Shown here: one piece after another, positions 62,007 through 64,000 of the stretch
Position numbering within the stretch: the first letter of the stretch is position 1
How the letters are laid out: every line of letters starts with the position of its first letter
From: Aquirhabdus sp.
GTDB lineage: Bacteria; Pseudomonadota; Gammaproteobacteria; Pseudomonadales; Moraxellaceae
Length of the DNA stretch: 64,000 nt
Direction: 5' to 3'
NCBI GenBank assembly: GCA_030149815.1
Contig: JASLHI010000018.1
Coordinates: 7,330-71,329 of the forward strand
Notes under the pieces: model-generated
What the model was told of the DNA's origin: nothing
What the model saw: only the letters and a program-made list of their open reading frames with translations
Database searches by the model: none
Made by a program: the position numbers and the translations under genes

Positions 62007-63392
62007 TTAATAACTATTTTGTGGTTTTGCACCAATCAGCTGTTGTAGCTCTGCTGTACGATCCAACATGCGAGCATGGGCTTGATTTCCGCGAGCTTCA
62101 ACATTCAAACGCATCAGAGGTTCTGTATTTGAGGTACGCAGATTAAAGCGCCAGTCTGGAAATGACAAGCTCATACCATCAGTTTTGTCGAGTTCAGGAT
62201 GTTCTGATGTGTAATATTGCAAGATTTTTTCGATGATTTCCGCACTATTGTCCACACGGAAGTTAATTTCACCGCTGCAAGGGTAGGTTGCCATGCGTTC
62301 GCTGATGAGAGTCGACAAACCTTTGCCAGTATGACTGACTAAATTAACAGCAAGGAGCCATGGAATCATGCCGCTGTCGCAGTATGCAAAATCACGGAAA
62401 TAGTGGTGTGCACTCATTTCTCCGCCATAGATGGCGTTCTCGGCGCGCATCCGTTCTTTAATGAAGGCATGTCCTGTTTTGCATTGGATGGCTTGACCGC
62501 CTGCTTGTTCAGCGATATCAATCGTATTCCATGTCAAACGCGGATCATGAATGATTTTTTCACCTGGATTTTTAAGCAAAAATGCCTGAGATAACAAGCC
62601 AACGATATAGTAACCTTCAATAAATTCACCGTGTTCGTCGAACAAGAAACAACGATCAAAGTCACCATCCCATGCTACGCCGAAGTCTGCTTGATGGGTT
62701 TTAACTGCATCAATGGTTGCTGCACGGTTTTCTAGCAAAATCGGGTTAGGGATGCCATTTGGGAAGCTACCATCGGCTTCGTGATGAATTTTAATAAATG
62801 AAATTGGAATATTGAGCTCGGCAAAGCGGCTTTCCAGCGCATCAATCACATGACCTGCTGCGCCATTGCCAGAGTTGACGACGATTTTTAGTGGGCGAAT
62901 GTTTGCAGTATCTAAATAAGTCAGTAAATGGCTGACGTAATCTTCAAGGATAGAAATTTCGGTCAGTGTGCCTTTGTGTGTGATTGGTGCGAATTCATTT
63001 TTTTCAGCAAGTGCTTTGATATCGAGCAGACCTGTATCACCGCTAATTGGCTGAGCGCCTTTTTTGACCAGTTTCATGCCATTATAATCCATTGGATTAT
63101 GGCTGGCCGTGACTTCGATGCCGCCATCTACATCGAGATGAAATGCAGCAAAATAAACTTCTTCGGTACCTGTCATACCGATATCTAAAACGTCAACTCC
63201 GCTATCCATTAAGCCTTGAGCAACAGCCATTTTCAATGCATGGCTTGTTGGGCGTATATCAGCACCGACAACGATTCTTTTCGGTTGTAGTAATTGTCCG
63301 TATGCGCGACCAATATTATATGCAATTGACTCATTTAGTTCAGTTCCGAGTTTGCCTCGAATGTCATAGGCTTTAAAGCAAGTCAGTTGCAT
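62007..63392 (-). CDS. manB: Phosphomannomutase/phosphoglucomutase
   Basis: [33 protein letters not shown]. Confidence 0.93.
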   Translation of the reverse strand: MQLTCFKAYDIRGKLGTELNESIAYNIGRAYGQLLQPKRIVVGADIRPTSHALKMAVAQGLMDSGVDVLDIGMTGTEEVYFAAFHLDVDGGIEVTASHNPMDYNGMKLVKKGAQPISGDTGLLDIKALAEKNEFAPITHKGTLTEISILEDYVSHLLTYLDTANIRPLKIVVNSGNGAAGHVIDALESRFAELNIPISFIKIHHEADGSFPNGIPNPILLENRAATIDAVKTHQADFGVAWDGDFDRCFLFDEHGEFIEGYYIVGLLSQAFLLKNPGEKIIHDPRLTWNTIDIAEQAGGQAIQCKTGHAFIKERMRAENAIYGGEMSAHHYFRDFAYCDSGMIPWLLAVNLVSHTGKGLSTLISERMATYPCSGEINFRVDNSAEIIEKILQYYTSEHPELDKTDGMSLSFPDWRFNLRTSNTEPLMRLNVEARGNQAHARMLDRTAELQQLIGAKPQNSY

Positions 63393-63536
63393 GATGTACT
63401 CATTAAAATTGTTAAATAGCGTGTGGCGAACATGGCATCAATATGCACCATGAATAAATTGCGGCAGAGTATGCCATAAGTAGGTTTCGAACGTCATTAG
63501 AGTGTCCTTAATGAACCGATGATTTATACAATTTAA

Positions 63537-64000
63537 CTAAGATATTAGTTTTCGCATGGCTTCAGGGATGCCTGATGCAAATGCTTCAACAGGATTCATC
63601 CAACGCATTTGCGAAAAATACTGTTCCAGCATTTTTTTCTGATCGGCTTCAATCTCGAAGTGAATTGCTTGTAATTCCCAATGAAAGTGGGTGAAGGTGT
63701 GGCGGATTTTTTTATCTTGAACGCCATTCTTTAGATTTAGTTTATTTAAGGCTGCTTCAAGATCATCTTCAATTACAGGCAGCGACCATAATCCACCCCA
63801 AAGCCCTTCAGCTGGACGTTGTTGCCAGAGAAGCTGCTGATTGTGTTGGATGATGAGTACAGTTGCATGGCGTGTTGGCGTGGCTTTGCGTGCAGGTTTT
63901 TGCGGCAATTCCAAGACTCGGTTTTGTTTCAATGCCATGCAATCACTGTGCATCGGACAATATAAACATAATGGTTTTTTGGGTGTACAAATGGTCGCGC
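63537..64000 (-). CDS. mutY: A/G-specific adenine glycosylase, C-terminal part (5' truncated by window)
   Basis: Reads ATICTPKKPLCLYCPMHSDC (Fe-S loop), then NUDIX-like GLWGGLWSLP and HTFTHF. Confidence 0.93.
   Translation of the reverse strand, partial: ATICTPKKPLCLYCPMHSDCMALKQNRVLELPQKPARKATPTRHATVLIIQHNQQLLWQQRPAEGLWGGLWSLPVIEDDLEAALNKLNLKNGVQDKKIRHTFTHFHWELQAIHFEIEADQKKMLEQYFSQMRWMNPVEAFASGIPEAMRKLIS

Overview
The window covers the replication-origin region of a Moraxellaceae-like gammaproteobacterial chromosome; gene order resembles Acinetobacter, though the organism assignment is inference. Left to right: (1) the end of infB and rbfA. (2) A ~15 kb accessory block: a GntR-regulated AprAB/AsfAB-like flavoprotein-ferredoxin operon with an ABC importer, HEAT-repeat protein and DUF971 protein; an orphan plasmid-type HTH/coiled-coil gene embedded in its own repeat array; an SRPBCC-ArsR pair with three operator boxes; and an FNR module (YccA, three USPs, fnr, small FNR-box gene). 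(3) The core mnmE-yidC-yidD-rnpA-rpmH | oriC | dnaA-dnaN-recF-gyrB block, with three parS palindromes. (4) An MBL hydrolase, an ABC-F ATPase and seven tandem paralogous orphan periplasmic binding proteins (DUF6091/AdeT-like). (5) erpA, anmK, tyrS, a methyltransferase and uvrC. (6) A Wzx/Wzy/Wzz polysaccharide locus (rmlBDAC, fdtA/acyltransferase/fdtB, WbiB-like epimerase, pgi, manB) and the 3' part of mutY. No CRISPR, rRNA, tRNA or transposase was seen. Best candidates for undescribed biology are the Par/RacA-like gene with a duplicated repeat module 12 kb from oriC, the seven-copy binding-protein array, and the AprAB-like operon. Family assignments come from motif recognition by eye; no searches were run.
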